Part shown: piece after piece, positions 11,158 to 23,455 of the stretch
Layout: every line of letters begins with the position of its first letter
Numbering within the stretch: the stretch's first letter is position 1
Assembly (NCBI RefSeq): GCF_001186125.1
Contig: NW_014040488.1
Location: 63,609-125,785 of the forward strand
Reading direction: 5' to 3'
From: Sphaeroforma arctica JP610
Lineage: Eukaryota
Length of the DNA stretch: 62,177 nucleotides
Program-made: the position numbers and the translations under genes
The notes under the pieces: model-generated
What the model was told of the DNA's origin: nothing
The model's database searches: none
Seen by the model: the letters and a program-made list of their open reading frames with translations, nothing else

Positions 11158-12994
11158 TATATATATANNNNNNNNNNNNNNNNNNNNNNNNNNNNNNNNN
11201 NNNNNNNNNNNNNNNNNNNNNNNNNNNNNNNNNNNNNNNNNNNNNNNNNNNNNNNNNNNNNNNNNNNNNNNNNNNNNNNNNNNNNNNNNNNNNNNNNNNN
11301 NNNNNNNNNNNNNNNNNNNNNNNNNNNNNNNNNNNNNNNNNNNNNNNNNNNNNNNNNNNNNNNNNNNNNNNNNNNNNNNNNNNNNNNNNNNNNNNNNNNN
11401 NNNNNNNNNNNNNNNNNNNNNNNNNNNNNNNNNNNNNNNNNNNNNNNNNNNNNNNNNNNNNNNNNNNNNNNNNNNNNNNNNNNNNNNNNNNNNNNNNNNN
11501 NNNNNNNNNNNNNNNNNNNNNNNNNNNNNNNNNNNNNNNNNNNNNNNNNNNNNNNNNNNNNNNNNNNNNNNNNNNNNNNNNNNNNNNNNNNNNNNNNNNN
11601 NNNNNNNNNNNNNNNNNNNNNNNNNNNNNNNNNNNNNNNNNNNNNNNNNNNNNNNNNNNNNNNNNNNNNNNNNNNNNNNNNNNNNNNNNNNNNNNNNNNN
11701 NNNNNNNNNNNNNNNNNNNNNNNNNNNNNNNNNNNNNNNNNNNNNNNNNNNNNNNNNNNNNNNNNNNNNNNNNNNNNNNNNNNNNNNNNNNNNNNNNNNN
11801 NNNNNNNNNNNNNNNNNNNNNNNNNNNNNNNNNNNNNNNNNNNNNNNNNNNNNNNNNNNNNNNNNNNNNNNNNNNNCTGGGCGCACTGGCTGCAGCAGCA
11901 AGCCTTTCGCCAAACCTGGCTCCTCGGCAGAACCACACCTGGCCCATCCGTGGATGCAGGACACACTCGTGCAAACAACATCCTAGTCTGCGTGTCCACC
12001 ACCAGCAAGACCTTGGACTGTCCGTTATCACTGTCAAAGTCCATAAAGTCCATGCTTATCACGCGCATGGTCTCTTCTAGGCGCACTGGCAGCAGCAGCA
12101 AGCCTTTCGCCAAACCTGGCTCCTCGGCAACCGCCTGACACGCGTTGCAGCTTTTACGGACACGATACAACATCTCTTTCAAGCCGCCCCAACCCCATAG
12201 CCTGCGTACCAGATCATCCAGTCTCTTGGCACTGCTTGCGCAAACAGTACTTGCGTGTATCGAACGATATGCTCGAGGACATCACCCCTTCCACTTCCAC
12301 ACCAAGCACAGAACGCTTCAAGCGTCTCAACCGTTGTCGCAACAGCTTGTCTCCCAGCTCGTTTACTGGTGGCCCTTCCGTGTCATCCAGTGGCACACCA
12401 TCCGCAGGATCCTGCTCCAACTGGACTAACTCCTCTGTGGTGAGTGATTCCTCATACTCTCACGTGTGGTCCTCCACTGATGCGTCACTCTGTGTTTTAT
12501 CGATGTCCATCGCTTCCAAGACCGGATGGGTATCCACAACCACCGCTGCCTTGCGCTCACGACGCGTAAGCAACGCGGGAGTGTACATAGCACCGAGCGA
12601 TCCCCCACTCGTGCTCACCTCAGCTGTTGCCAGCCAAGTCTCTGCCATCGCACCCAGCGATCCCTCACTAGGGTTAGCAGATGCCCCTCTCAGCCATGCT
12701 TCGCATGTCTCAGGGACTCACTCAGAACACCCTTAGCCTCCCGCCAAGGCTGAGTGGTGAGCGCCAATGCACTGACCGCACTGACAGGGGTAGTTTCTAT
12801 ACCAGCTTCTTCCGCTGGCATACCCCTACGTACCGGTTTCCCACTCGGGTGCGCCACCGCCCCTATGACACAACTCTGTGTCATACAGGACGCTACGTCT
12901 TACTCACGTAGCACCGCCGCCGCAGCCAACTTCTCCCAAGCTGGCCGCTTAGCCTCCAACTCCGTCCAGAAGTCTCCTCGAAGCTTGTGGTCGC

Positions 12995-13258
12995 GGTAAG
13001 GACTCACATAGCACACCAGAGTAATGAACCCTGGCGCCTCCATTGGCTCATTCCCGTGCTTGAGAAATATCCCCTTCTTTGGTAAATAACCATAGGGTCT
13101 GCTGACAGCAGAGAAACCATTTCTTTGAACCAACGTGCTGCAGGCGCGTACGGGCAGACCATAGCCTTGTCACCGTAGCCTTGTCCCGAATCCTGGTAAC
13201 CACTTTACCGAGATCCGACCACTTCGGGGTGAATTACCAACGCGGTCCCATCCAGGTC
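12995..13258 (-). pseudogene. Dam-like N6-adenine methyltransferase domain remnant (C-terminal part) in the pol of element C
   Basis: Read across frameshifts: TPKWSDLGKVVTRIRDKATV / MVCPYAPAARWFKEMVSLLSADPMV / LPKKGIFLKHGNEPMEAPGFITLVCYV. Aligns with the domain at 22292-22797. Confidence 0.7.
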
Positions 13259-16200
13259 CTTAAAGCGAACAGTGGTAATCCAGTCGAGACTGCACATCCG
13301 CCACAGGATTCAACTCCCCTGGCACAGGCTTCAGGATGATATCAAAATCACGTAGCACCTGCGCATATCTTGCCATCCGCCTGCCTCTAACCGTTGACTC
13401 ATACGAGGTGAGGTCCTGTGCCAACATGCGCACCAGCGGTTCATGGTCCGTGAACACCGTTAACGGGTGTCTCGAACGCTTGACAATCCTCCACGACTTA
13501 TGGAGACAATACACGATTGCGAGGGCCTCCTCATCTGTGATGCGGTAGCCCAGTTGTGCTGGACTAAACTTCGAAGACCAGAATCCCACAGGGCACAGCT
13601 TACTCTTTCGCCGAGCAAACAAACCCCCACCTACTCCAACTGAGTCACAGGCATCGCAATACAGCTCCAGCTTATCTTCAAACCCTGGCTCGAGCAACAC
13701 CCCTCTCTTGGCTACCTCTTCCCGAATCCGATCATAGGCCGCCTGCTGCGTCCGACCCTACACAAAGGGGACTTCTTTCTTGCTCAGATTCGAGATAGGG
13801 GCCATGACCCTAGAGTAGTCAGGAACGTACTGGCTCCAGTAGCCAATCGTGGGATACCACGAGGCCAAGAGATCCTTATCCGTGGGCGGTGGCATGCACA
13901 GGATGGATTCAATCCGATCCTCACTGATGTACGAGCTATTCTCATCCACGCTCGCCCCAACGCGATAACCGGCCGATCTGAGAACCCAAAACAACACTTC
14001 TTGAGGTTCAATTTTGCATTGTGCTTTACACACGCCGCAATGAGCTTTTTAATGCTCGTCCAGTGCTCTCTAGCACTGTAGTGGCCTACACCCATGTCGT
14101 CAATATAAATCTTCAAGTCGTCCACGCTTTGGAAAGCATGCTCCATTCGCGCCTGCATGATCCACGATGCAGGGTTGATATCGAACGGCATGCCAACAAA
14201 CGTCCGCTTTCCCCACGGCGTCCAAAAGGTAAGCATATGCTGAGAACTCTCAGCAACCTTCTGTTGACAAAAACCCTGCCCAAGATCCACCATCGTGCAA
14301 TACCTCTTGCCCCGTACCGCCGACAGAAAATCTTGCTCCGTCGGTACTGGGTACGCTTCATACTTAAGCGTGGCGTTCAACTTCTTGTAGTTGATACAGC
14401 AACTCTAGTTATGAACAGATAAAGGAACTACGCCCGGATTCTTAAAGATCATGTGCGGCATGGCACAATAGCCCTTAGCCTCGGCCTCCGAGATTTCTCT
14501 TGTTACACCCTCATGGTCCCAGTTATCAACCTTTGTGTCCAACACTGAAGTGAATGTCGGATCATTGTTCAGGTACACATTGTAGGACGGCTTTTCCCCA
14601 TCCTTCAGGTGAAACTCCACGCCGTTCCTGAAGCGAATGTCATCATACACCATAAAGATGCGTGTTGCTGCATTATACGCAACTGACTGAATGGCTGAGA
14701 TCATCTCATCGAATTCCTTCTTCGGGAGCCCACACTTCTTGTGCAACTTCCGAAGCTGAGACTGATCAAAGTCAACATATGCCTTCGGGTCCACTTCTTT
14801 CGTCGGCGAGATGGTTGTCGCGCCAATGGGCATGTCGACCTCCGCTAACAAGTCGTTCAACCGCGGCAGGAAATATTCGTCCGCATCATCCAGCTCCGCC
14901 GCAGTAGCCAAGTACTCCACCCTCTTCTGCACCTTAAGGAAGTATGCTTTCATGGACGCAACATAATTGCGCCTCTCCTGTTCCTTGAACTCGTTCCTAT
15001 GGATAGCCTGCAACCTCAGCCGGCTCCTAATAGTATCCAAGCGTAGCTCTTGCGATATCACGTCCGAGAGCTTGCGTTGCTTGTTGTTGACCTCCGTCCT
15101 CCTTGCCTTTGCTCGCTTTGCCCGCTTTCTCCGCGGGCCCGACATGGGTGGCAGCTCATTCTCAAGAGCCTCCGTAGTAAGGAAGTCAATGACCGCAGTT
15201 TGAGGTACCACCGTCAGAAAATCATGCTTCGTCCACATAAGGGCCAGATGGTCCTTTCGCGTGGACTGAAATCCTAACAGAATATCCGTGTCAAATGGCA
15301 GAGAGTCCCCCACCAGCAAATCCATTGGTCTCTCAATGGTATTGCCACCCCATGTATCGATTGTCACTTTAGATTTAACCACACCAGATGGGCGTACAAG
15401 CCCCATCTCAGCCATCCCTTTGTAAGGTGGACCTAAATATCGAGCCGTTTTTAAACCTTGTTGCGCCGCAAAGAATTTGGTGACCAAGCTCGGTGTAGCC
15501 CCCGAGTCGACATAGACCTCTACATCCTCACCAGCAACAGCACCCTAAATGACACTTCCAGCTTGCGTTTTCTCCTGCACCACAGTGCCCAGAGCGCCCG
15601 CAAGTCACTGCTGTGTCTCTGGGCAGGACTTGCGAAAGTGTCCACGCTGCTTACAGTTGAAAACAGCGAATCACCTTGTGGTAGACCTCCCGAGCTGCCC
15701 GGATGTCGTCATCCTCCGAGAGCTCAATCCCTGGCTCTACCGATGCCACTCTTGGGCGTTCCTGACCGCCCTTGCCCTTATCCGCCCCTTTGTTCTTGGG
15801 ATTGGGCTGACGACTACGCTTGAGCAGGTTGCGTATATCCTTCTTCTGTCCCGCCAAATCCTTCTGCTGCCCAGCCATGCTGGCACGTAAATCATTAACG
15901 GCCGCCAACGTAGCCCCTAACTCGTATCTGTCCCCCCCTTGACCCGCTGAGGAGGCCACAGGAGCTCTCGGCGGTGGAGCAACATCTCCTTGCGCATTCT
16001 GCACCATCACCGGCGCAGACGAAAGCCCCTTAATGTGATATACCAACCTAACGTTATCTCCTAAGGCCTTGTCATGCACAAACAAGCGCTCAAAGAAGAG
16101 ATCCATACCTTCGTGTATGGCCGTCATCGATTCGGAGACCGCCTTGCCATAAATAGGTTACATTCGTATCAACTCGAGGAAAAACGTGGCGTGAGGGCTC

Positions 16201-16978
16201 TGGAAACATTCCAACCCGTGGTTTGCAATCACCCCACCTTTTGTCGACAAGCGCGCCGTGACAACAAGGTGCTCCTTCATCGCCTCGGTAGCTTCCATCA
16301 CCGGCTCATACATGAGCACACGGTCCGGATCCTCCAGGAAAAACGAAGCCGGATCCTCGTAAGCGCCCGCAACTTGACCATGAGACGCTCAGCAAGCTGG
16401 ACATGGTCCTGGCCATTCCAGGCCTGCGGGTTAACCCCAAAGACATCCAAGTTATTGGGTATGGCACCAGCAGCATCCCTGTGCGCCAGAATCCAAAACA
16501 AGTGGTGCCCCGTGCCGGCCCATATGCCGTGTTTGGAGATTCTGCAACAACGCAATCACCTTCCATGGTGAGTTACGATACTCGCCGGCCAAGCGATCCA
16601 CAGTAATGAGCATGTCAGAACGAGGCTCTTCAAACAGCATCTTCAACATGTCGCAATGTTTTGCTAAAATTACAGTATCGACAAGGCCAATGTCCATCAG
16701 ATCTGTACCCAGTGTCGCTCTATTGCTGGCCTGGGTCGCAGTGTTGAACCCTTTCTTCAGAAAATCGTCAGCAGCATGGCGCTGCTTTGCTGTCGCTCCA
16801 ATAACTTGACTAGGGTTATGGGCCCTACGCTCTTTTATAACCTGGCCCGACGTCCTCATCCAATGTTGCCAATCGTCATCCCTCTTTTCATGAAAGATCT
16901 CAATCTCATCTTTCGCCATCTCGAAGAAAAATAAATACTAGCGTCTAACTATCCTGATATACGCTACTCTAATCTAAT

Positions 16979-17407
16979 TGTGAGTGATTCTAGACAATAG
17001 TTAGACTCACACAAATTACAGGTTTATTCACTAAGTTATTATATTAGTGGTGTAGCGTGTGGCAGTTCTCCTGCCACACACATATACTCTATCTATATGA
17101 TCAAATATGTTTGTTAGTAATATTATCAAATTGCTCCCAAAGTAGTCCTGCCCTACAACCGTGGTCACGACTACACAATATTTGAGGATGACTCATCACT
17201 GAGCCAAAACCAGAGTCTCTCAAATCTGAGAGCCTCAGGCCCCCACTATACGGGTAACCCTAGGTCCGGGTCCTTCCCAGCCTCTGCTTATGGGTAATCT
17301 TAAACCTGACCATTCCCCAGGTCTCAGGCTTAGGTTATTCGGGTCCCAGGCCTAGGCTAGCCACCTAACCAACCACTAACACCTTAGGGTTCCACCTACA
17401 GTCAATC

Positions 17408-17410
<3 letters not shown>
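16979..17410 (-). repeat. 5' LTR of element C (432 bp)
   Basis: TGTGA...TCACA inverted termini, 59 nt upstream of the gag ATG at 16919; abuts (TA)n. The second LTR is not visible (gap). Confidence 0.7.
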
Positions 17411-17498
<88 letters not shown>

Positions 17499-18086
17499 NT
17501 AATATATATANNNNNNNNNNNNNNNNNNNNNNNNNNNNNNNNNNNNNNNNNNNNNNNNNNNNNNNNNNNNNNNNNNNNNNNNNNNNNNNNNNNNNNNNNN
17601 NNNNNNNNNNNNNNNNNNNNNNNNNNNNNNNNNNNNNNNNNNNNNNNNNNNNNNNNNNNNNNNNNNNNNNNNNNNNNNNNNNNNNNNNNNNNNNNNNNNN
17701 NNNNNNNNNNNNNNNNNNNNNNNNNNNNNNNNNNNNNNNNNNNNNNNNNNNNNNNNNNNNNNNNNNNNNNNNNNNNNNNNNNNNNNNNNNNNNNNNNNNN
17801 NNNNNNNNNNNNNNNNNNNNNNNNNNNNNNNNNNNNNNNNNNNNNNNNNNNNNNNNNNNNNNNNNNNNNNNNNNNNNNNNNNNNNNNNNNNNNNNNNNNN
17901 NNNNNNNNNNNNNNNNNNNNNNNNNNNNNNNNNNNNNNNNNNNNNNNNNNNNNNNNNNNNNNNNNNNNNNNNNNNNNNNNNNNNNNNNNNNNNNNNNNNN
18001 NNNNNNNNNNNNNNNNNNNNNNNNNNNNNNNNNNNNNNNNNNNNNNNNNNNNNNNNNNNTATATATAATATATATATATATATATA

Positions 18087-21000
18087 GATGACTCTAATAT
18101 CAGGAATATTTGGATCCTAATCCCAGTACTCAATATTTGATGATTCTGAGGTTTTGGGATTTGGATTGGATTTCTGATAATCTGGTCCCTAGATGCTACA
18201 GAAGGAGCAAAAAACAGTGAGTTCTGACATATACAAAATGCTGTATAAATCAGAAGTAAGACACGCAGACATAGGAGCATCGGCACATGTCAATTCAACA
18301 ATGATAAGAAGGAATCAAAACACAAAACAACAGACATGCAGACAAGTAAAAATATACCACTACAAAACCAATAGGTGTACAACAAAGACAAGGAAACATG
18401 GCTGAAGAAATGATCAGACAAGGCAAATAGAAAGTTAATCAAGCATATCTAAATCCATACATGGCCAAAACACACAAAAGCATATACTACTTCTTAACTT
18501 CATACATGGTTAAAACACACACAAGAATAAACTACAAAAAATAATAAACGACTGATGTCTAAACTTCTTAGATAGCAAAAATAGGCAAAGTAATAAATCA
18601 GATGTGAGTGAAATATGCAACTAAATACAAACATGAGATCGGACACACGCAAACGGAAGTATAAAACCCTAAAACTCGCAACTGGCATGTACAAAGCACG
18701 TACATATTCAGCGTGACAAAAACAAAGAAGGACGCAAACAAGTATATAAATACAAGTACGTGAAGGCGCACATGTCATGAGTAAAAAAGTATTGTAGAAA
18801 TTTACAAGCTTTTAGCTGGAAGATGCACAAGCAAGAGGTGACACACACCGTTATGTAAACTTGCACGTTCAAAGCACAAACATCTTCAACAAAACAAAAA
18901 CGCAGAGTGACACAAACAGGTATACAAACACAATTACTGCTTCATGTCATTAGCAAAGAAGCATTCTATAAATATACACACATTTAGCTAGAGAAAATAA
19001 GGCATATCATCTGCTATACTTCAAACGCAAAATATGACACATATAGTGAAGCAAACAAAACGAAAACTTCATAGCACACTTCACATTGAAGCCTAATACA
19101 AATGAGACAAGCAATCACAAAACAATGACACAAGAATACAAGAAGTAAATCGGAACAATCCATTCCACACGATAGATACATAGCAGGTAAAAACAACTAA
19201 ACAATTCACAAAGACAAACGAGACACACCGCACGCGATTTAGAAATACGCGCGAACACACAAGACATCGGTGTACACACAAACTTCGTACACGCACTGTT
19301 CCATATACGAGGTCAGTACGATTACAAACATAAAGGTCCAGTACTCAGAAATCAGAATTAATAAAAAAATTCTGTCATCAGAAGAAATTAGAACCTTCCC
19401 AATACCCAGAATTTTACACAGTTTCTAGATGTTCGGAACTCGAACACGAGACAAAAATTAAAATCAAACCAATAAACATCAATCCAAATTTGACAGAACG
19501 ATAAAGAAGGTTCACACCAAAAACTTAATTTACAACGAATAATCCAACATAAACCAAAGTTTATCACCTCAAACTAAAAATCCTCCAAATAAGCCCAGGT
19601 ACCTCGGAGACGGACAGTTCAAGCCAATGAGCTGCACTCAACACCGTCACCGAACACCACGCAGGAGACACACATCGATGTAATCAATCGAATTTGACTC
19701 AAAATGTGTATCAGTAAAGAACTGAACCAATTAATGTTGACAAATAACAAATGAATTCTAGAAACACAATAAATTTTCAACACACAGAACAGTCAATGAC
19801 TTCTGCGCCTTACCAAAGGACAAGAGCAGCACGAATGAGTCTACGCACACAAGTGAGCTCAAGTCGCACACACACAAAATGAAGTGCAAGTCGTACAATC
19901 AGAAATCGGCCGGAACAACCACACACGATACCAGTATCACAGACACACACAAACGACTACACTCCGAACAATGGAGCGGCGATGCAGCTGGATGACCAGT
20001 CCACACCAGGAAGAGCACCACTAGACCTAGTATTGAGTAAGTTCAAAGTGTCCATTGACAAGAACATATACGAGGGCAACGCATAGATCATTGGTGTATT
20101 AGTGGACAGACTGTACGCACAGAAGACGGACAAACGCATTGACATTATTGATCAAACTTACAAATAAAGTTCACAACCATCAACCTAACAGATTGATATC
20201 AGAAGTAGATTAATTGTTGTCAGAGTTATACAATAAAGCTACGTAGAAGTGTGATAAAAGTGATCACGATGAGTGTATTGGGATCAGTGGCTATATGAGC
20301 GAGTTAACACTAACTAGATCTCATGAAGGGGATAAAATCTCAGACCCAGAGTCAACAGGCTTGATGGGCGGAAGCTAACATTGTAAGCATGGTAGACATT
20401 GTGAATCTACACACTGATGAAGAAACGTTGTTAATAAATGCAAATGAAATTGCTTACACAGCCTATTCTTTAGTTCCCAATCCACGAGACAAAAAATTGC
20501 ACATAAACGTACAAATCAATGACACGACACACAACGCACTGGTAGATTCAGGAGCACAACTCTCATGCAAGGATCGCAGTGTTGTGACTGAAATATACTT
20601 GTCAGTCAACCGGCTATATACAGCTAGCACAATCTGATGCACGAGTACAGCGTTCAGGCTCAACAGAAGTATGTGATGTAAACTACGGCGGTAGAAAAAT
20701 GTCAAAATGTTTTGAGGTACTCGACCTCCCCAACAAGAAGTCACCAATACTTTTAGGTATGGATACGTTGTTTGAGCATATATTTAGCAGGGATAAATAG
20801 TACATTTATACCAACGAATGCAAAATGGGAATCACTTCTTACATCCGAAAATGGTTATCGGACTTATTCGACCAAAATGGCATGATCTCACCTGATGTAT
20901 ATTAAAGGTCAGTAGTGGAGATACCAATACAAGAAGTCAAAGTCAAAAACAACAGACATGCTGAATAAACTTTGTTCCAGACCAGTGCATACCATAAACA

Positions 21001-23455
21001 GATGACAATGTTTAAAAGTGGGTAAAGGATGGGCGCATATACAAGAGAACGACATGTGAACTTGAAACAAAAAGGCCTAATAAAGAAAGTACACACTTGT
21101 ACAGACTTAAGAGAAACCAACTATCAACATGAACAAGACAAATTCGTAATACCGAAAATAAAAGTACTTCACAACCTACAAGGTGCACAATTTTTTTCTT
21201 CCAAATTGGACTTGACAGGAGGATTCCATCATTTTCGTGTACTCGAAAAAAGCCATCACTTCTTCACCTTTTCATGGAGTGGAGCATAAAACTCATTTAA
21301 GTCAGCACCATTTGGACTACACTCGCGTCAGCACAATTTCAAAAAGTAATAGCAAACCTTCTCATTGGCATTAAAGGTGTACAAGTATAAGTAGATGACA
21401 TAGTCGTCGCGAGCCTTACAGAAGAGGAACACAGAAAGACCGTACGAGAAGTCATCCAAAGACGGATTTCTGCCAACTTCAGGCTACAACACAACAAATG
21501 TGCGTTTGCAGTCAAAACAGCAACATTCTAGGCGTCAAGCTACAACACAGGGGCTTGAAACAGAGCCAGAGAAACAAAAACGCATGATAGACTGGACTGG
21601 ACCTTGCCTCGAACCAAAAGAGAGCAGTCGGACTAACAAAGCTACACGCGGGACCACATACCCCACTTTGCGTATATAACGAAACACTTCCGTAATCTTA
21701 TGGAAGGGAAAATGAACCAGAACATAGCAAATATTTGAACACCTGAACACATTAAGAAATGGGAAGAAGTCAAGACGCTATCGCTTGTTCAGTAACATTA
21801 GTTTACCCCGTAAACGGTGTTCCGCTACAAATCATGAATGACGCAAGTGCTTATGGTATAAGAGGCTGCCTATTTCAAATCATTAACGGGTGTTAGACGA
21901 GATATACTCTTTTTGTCAGAAGGCTTAAATTCCGAACAACAAAGATATGGGACGAATAAGAAAGAGATACTAGCGCTAGTGTACAGCCTAGAACAGGTTT
22001 CGAAGTACATCAAAGGAGGCGACAAAATGCCGTGGACAGATCACAAAGCGCTGTGCCAGATGAATCAGCAACAAACGCTGCATCCCATGTTAGCAAAGTA
22101 GATAGCAGAATTATTCTACCACCACTTTACAATCATACATATGCCAGACAAAGACGTCCAACTCGCCGACATGCTTTCACGATTGCATGAAGATACCTTC
22201 AACTTCAAAACATCAAATGTATTGAAGGGAGCTAACAAGAACACACAAACAATGGTCAAGAATACACTGACCTTAAAAAAACATGCCCATACCTTTATCT
22301 GCCATAGACCGAAAACTACATCCACAATTCCACAAAGAAGCGAAACGAAAGTTTAAGAAATTCACCATCGACTTGTTTGCAGCAGCACACAAGACAGAAA
22401 AGCTCTACACCAAAGAACAGAATGCACTACTTCAAAAGTGAGCAGATGATTTAAACGCATGGGCAAATCCTCCATGAAAACTCTTCCTCGACGTTCTTGA
22501 CAAAGTCATAGAAGAAGCCACTAGCATCACAGCATGGGTAAATCCTCTATGGAAACTCATCCTCGACGTTCTTGAGAAAGTCATAAAAGAAGCCACTAGC
22601 ATCACAATATTTGTACCCTATTACCGAAATGTAACGTGACTCCCCAAATTCTTGTCACTACTAGAACAAGACCCGATGATAGTCGAAAACACGAACAACA
22701 GATTTCTCAAAGGCGGCACAACAGCTTGCGACAAAGCGCCGTGGGGGGTCACACTAGTAGCCTGGATAGGCACAAAGTCACCATACATCAGAAACTAGTA
22801 CATCCAGCCAAAAAGATCGCGTCGGTACAAATCGAGGACGAGTCGGCATAGCTAAACACAGTCAAGTATGAGGACATGGCTCACCTATTAGCACAATACC
22901 ACACTGTGGGCCAGTACACGGTTGAAGAAACGGTACATAAGCAAACTTCAATTCCAGTACATTGAAGGCTATGTACCACTACTTAATAACAAAATTCACA
23001 ACGAGAGCTTCCACCCCTTACAATCGATAAGAGCCACATCTCCAGGCGATAAGATACAAGTGAATATCATCGGTCCCTAAATAGAACCAAATAGAGGTAA
23101 AACATACGTCCTAGTTTGGCTCGATGTACACTTATCAATATGCCATACTCAGACCAATGATGAACAAATCAGAGGCCACTGTCTCACGAACACTAGTCCC
23201 AATTATATGTGAACATGGCTTTCCACAAGTCATACAAACGGACCAAGGCGCAGAATATGTGGATGACTTTCTCACGAAAAATATCGAGCAAGCCCCGTCA
23301 CAACATCTAGTGTCCAGACCATATCAACCCAAGGTAATGGGAGCAAATGAGCGATCAACTAGAGACTTCATACACTTGCTGAGGGAATTACAACCTGGCA
23401 CAATAGTACCATGGGAAACGCGACTGAAGAATTTTGAGAGACTACAGGAGTAGAC
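18087..23455 (+). mobile_element. Highly degenerate Ty3/Gypsy element D (family 3): PR-RT-RNaseH-MTase-integrase
   Basis: ALVDSGAQLSC (~20540); LDLTGGFHHF and V*VDD (21200-21400); NDASAYG, EILAL, TDHKAL, ADMLSR (21830-22185); IQTDQGAEY and GANERS (23124-23453). The 5' boundary and a possible LTR at ~18087-19380 are tentative. Confidence 0.85.
22292..22797 (+). pseudogene. Dam-like N6-adenine DNA methyltransferase domain in the pol of element D
   Basis: One frame reads KFTIDLFAAAH..KLYTKEQNALLQK*ADDLNAWANPP*KL..VLEKV..ITIFVPYYRNVT*LPKFLSLLEQDPM..FLKGG..APWGVTLVAWIG. The three TGA stops sit where Trp is expected. Confidence 0.85.

Larger units (their letters stand above)
11878..17410 (-). mobile_element. 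Degenerate Ty3/Gypsy element C (family 2): LTR-gag-PR-RT-RNaseH-[MTase]-integrase; 3' end lost in a gap
   Basis: Gag from 16919 with CFNCKQRGHFRKSC knuckle (~15620-15670, frameshifted); protease YVDSGA (~15500); RT YIDD (13784-14380); RNase H CDA/TDH/ADVQSR (13260-13700); integrase CNAC, ISMDF, LLVVD (11930-12200). Confidence 0.92.

Noticed and set aside
11878..11930. About 50-bp duplicate of 12079-12130 in the integrase of element C
   Set aside because: It lies at a contig edge next to an N gap, so it cannot be told apart from an assembly artefact.
22439..22639. UGA read as Trp (alternative genetic code), since three TGA codons fall at Trp positions
   Set aside because: Host genes in this window end in TGA, TGG is used in the same frame, and the element also has TAA/TAG stops and frameshifts. 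Mutational decay explains it.
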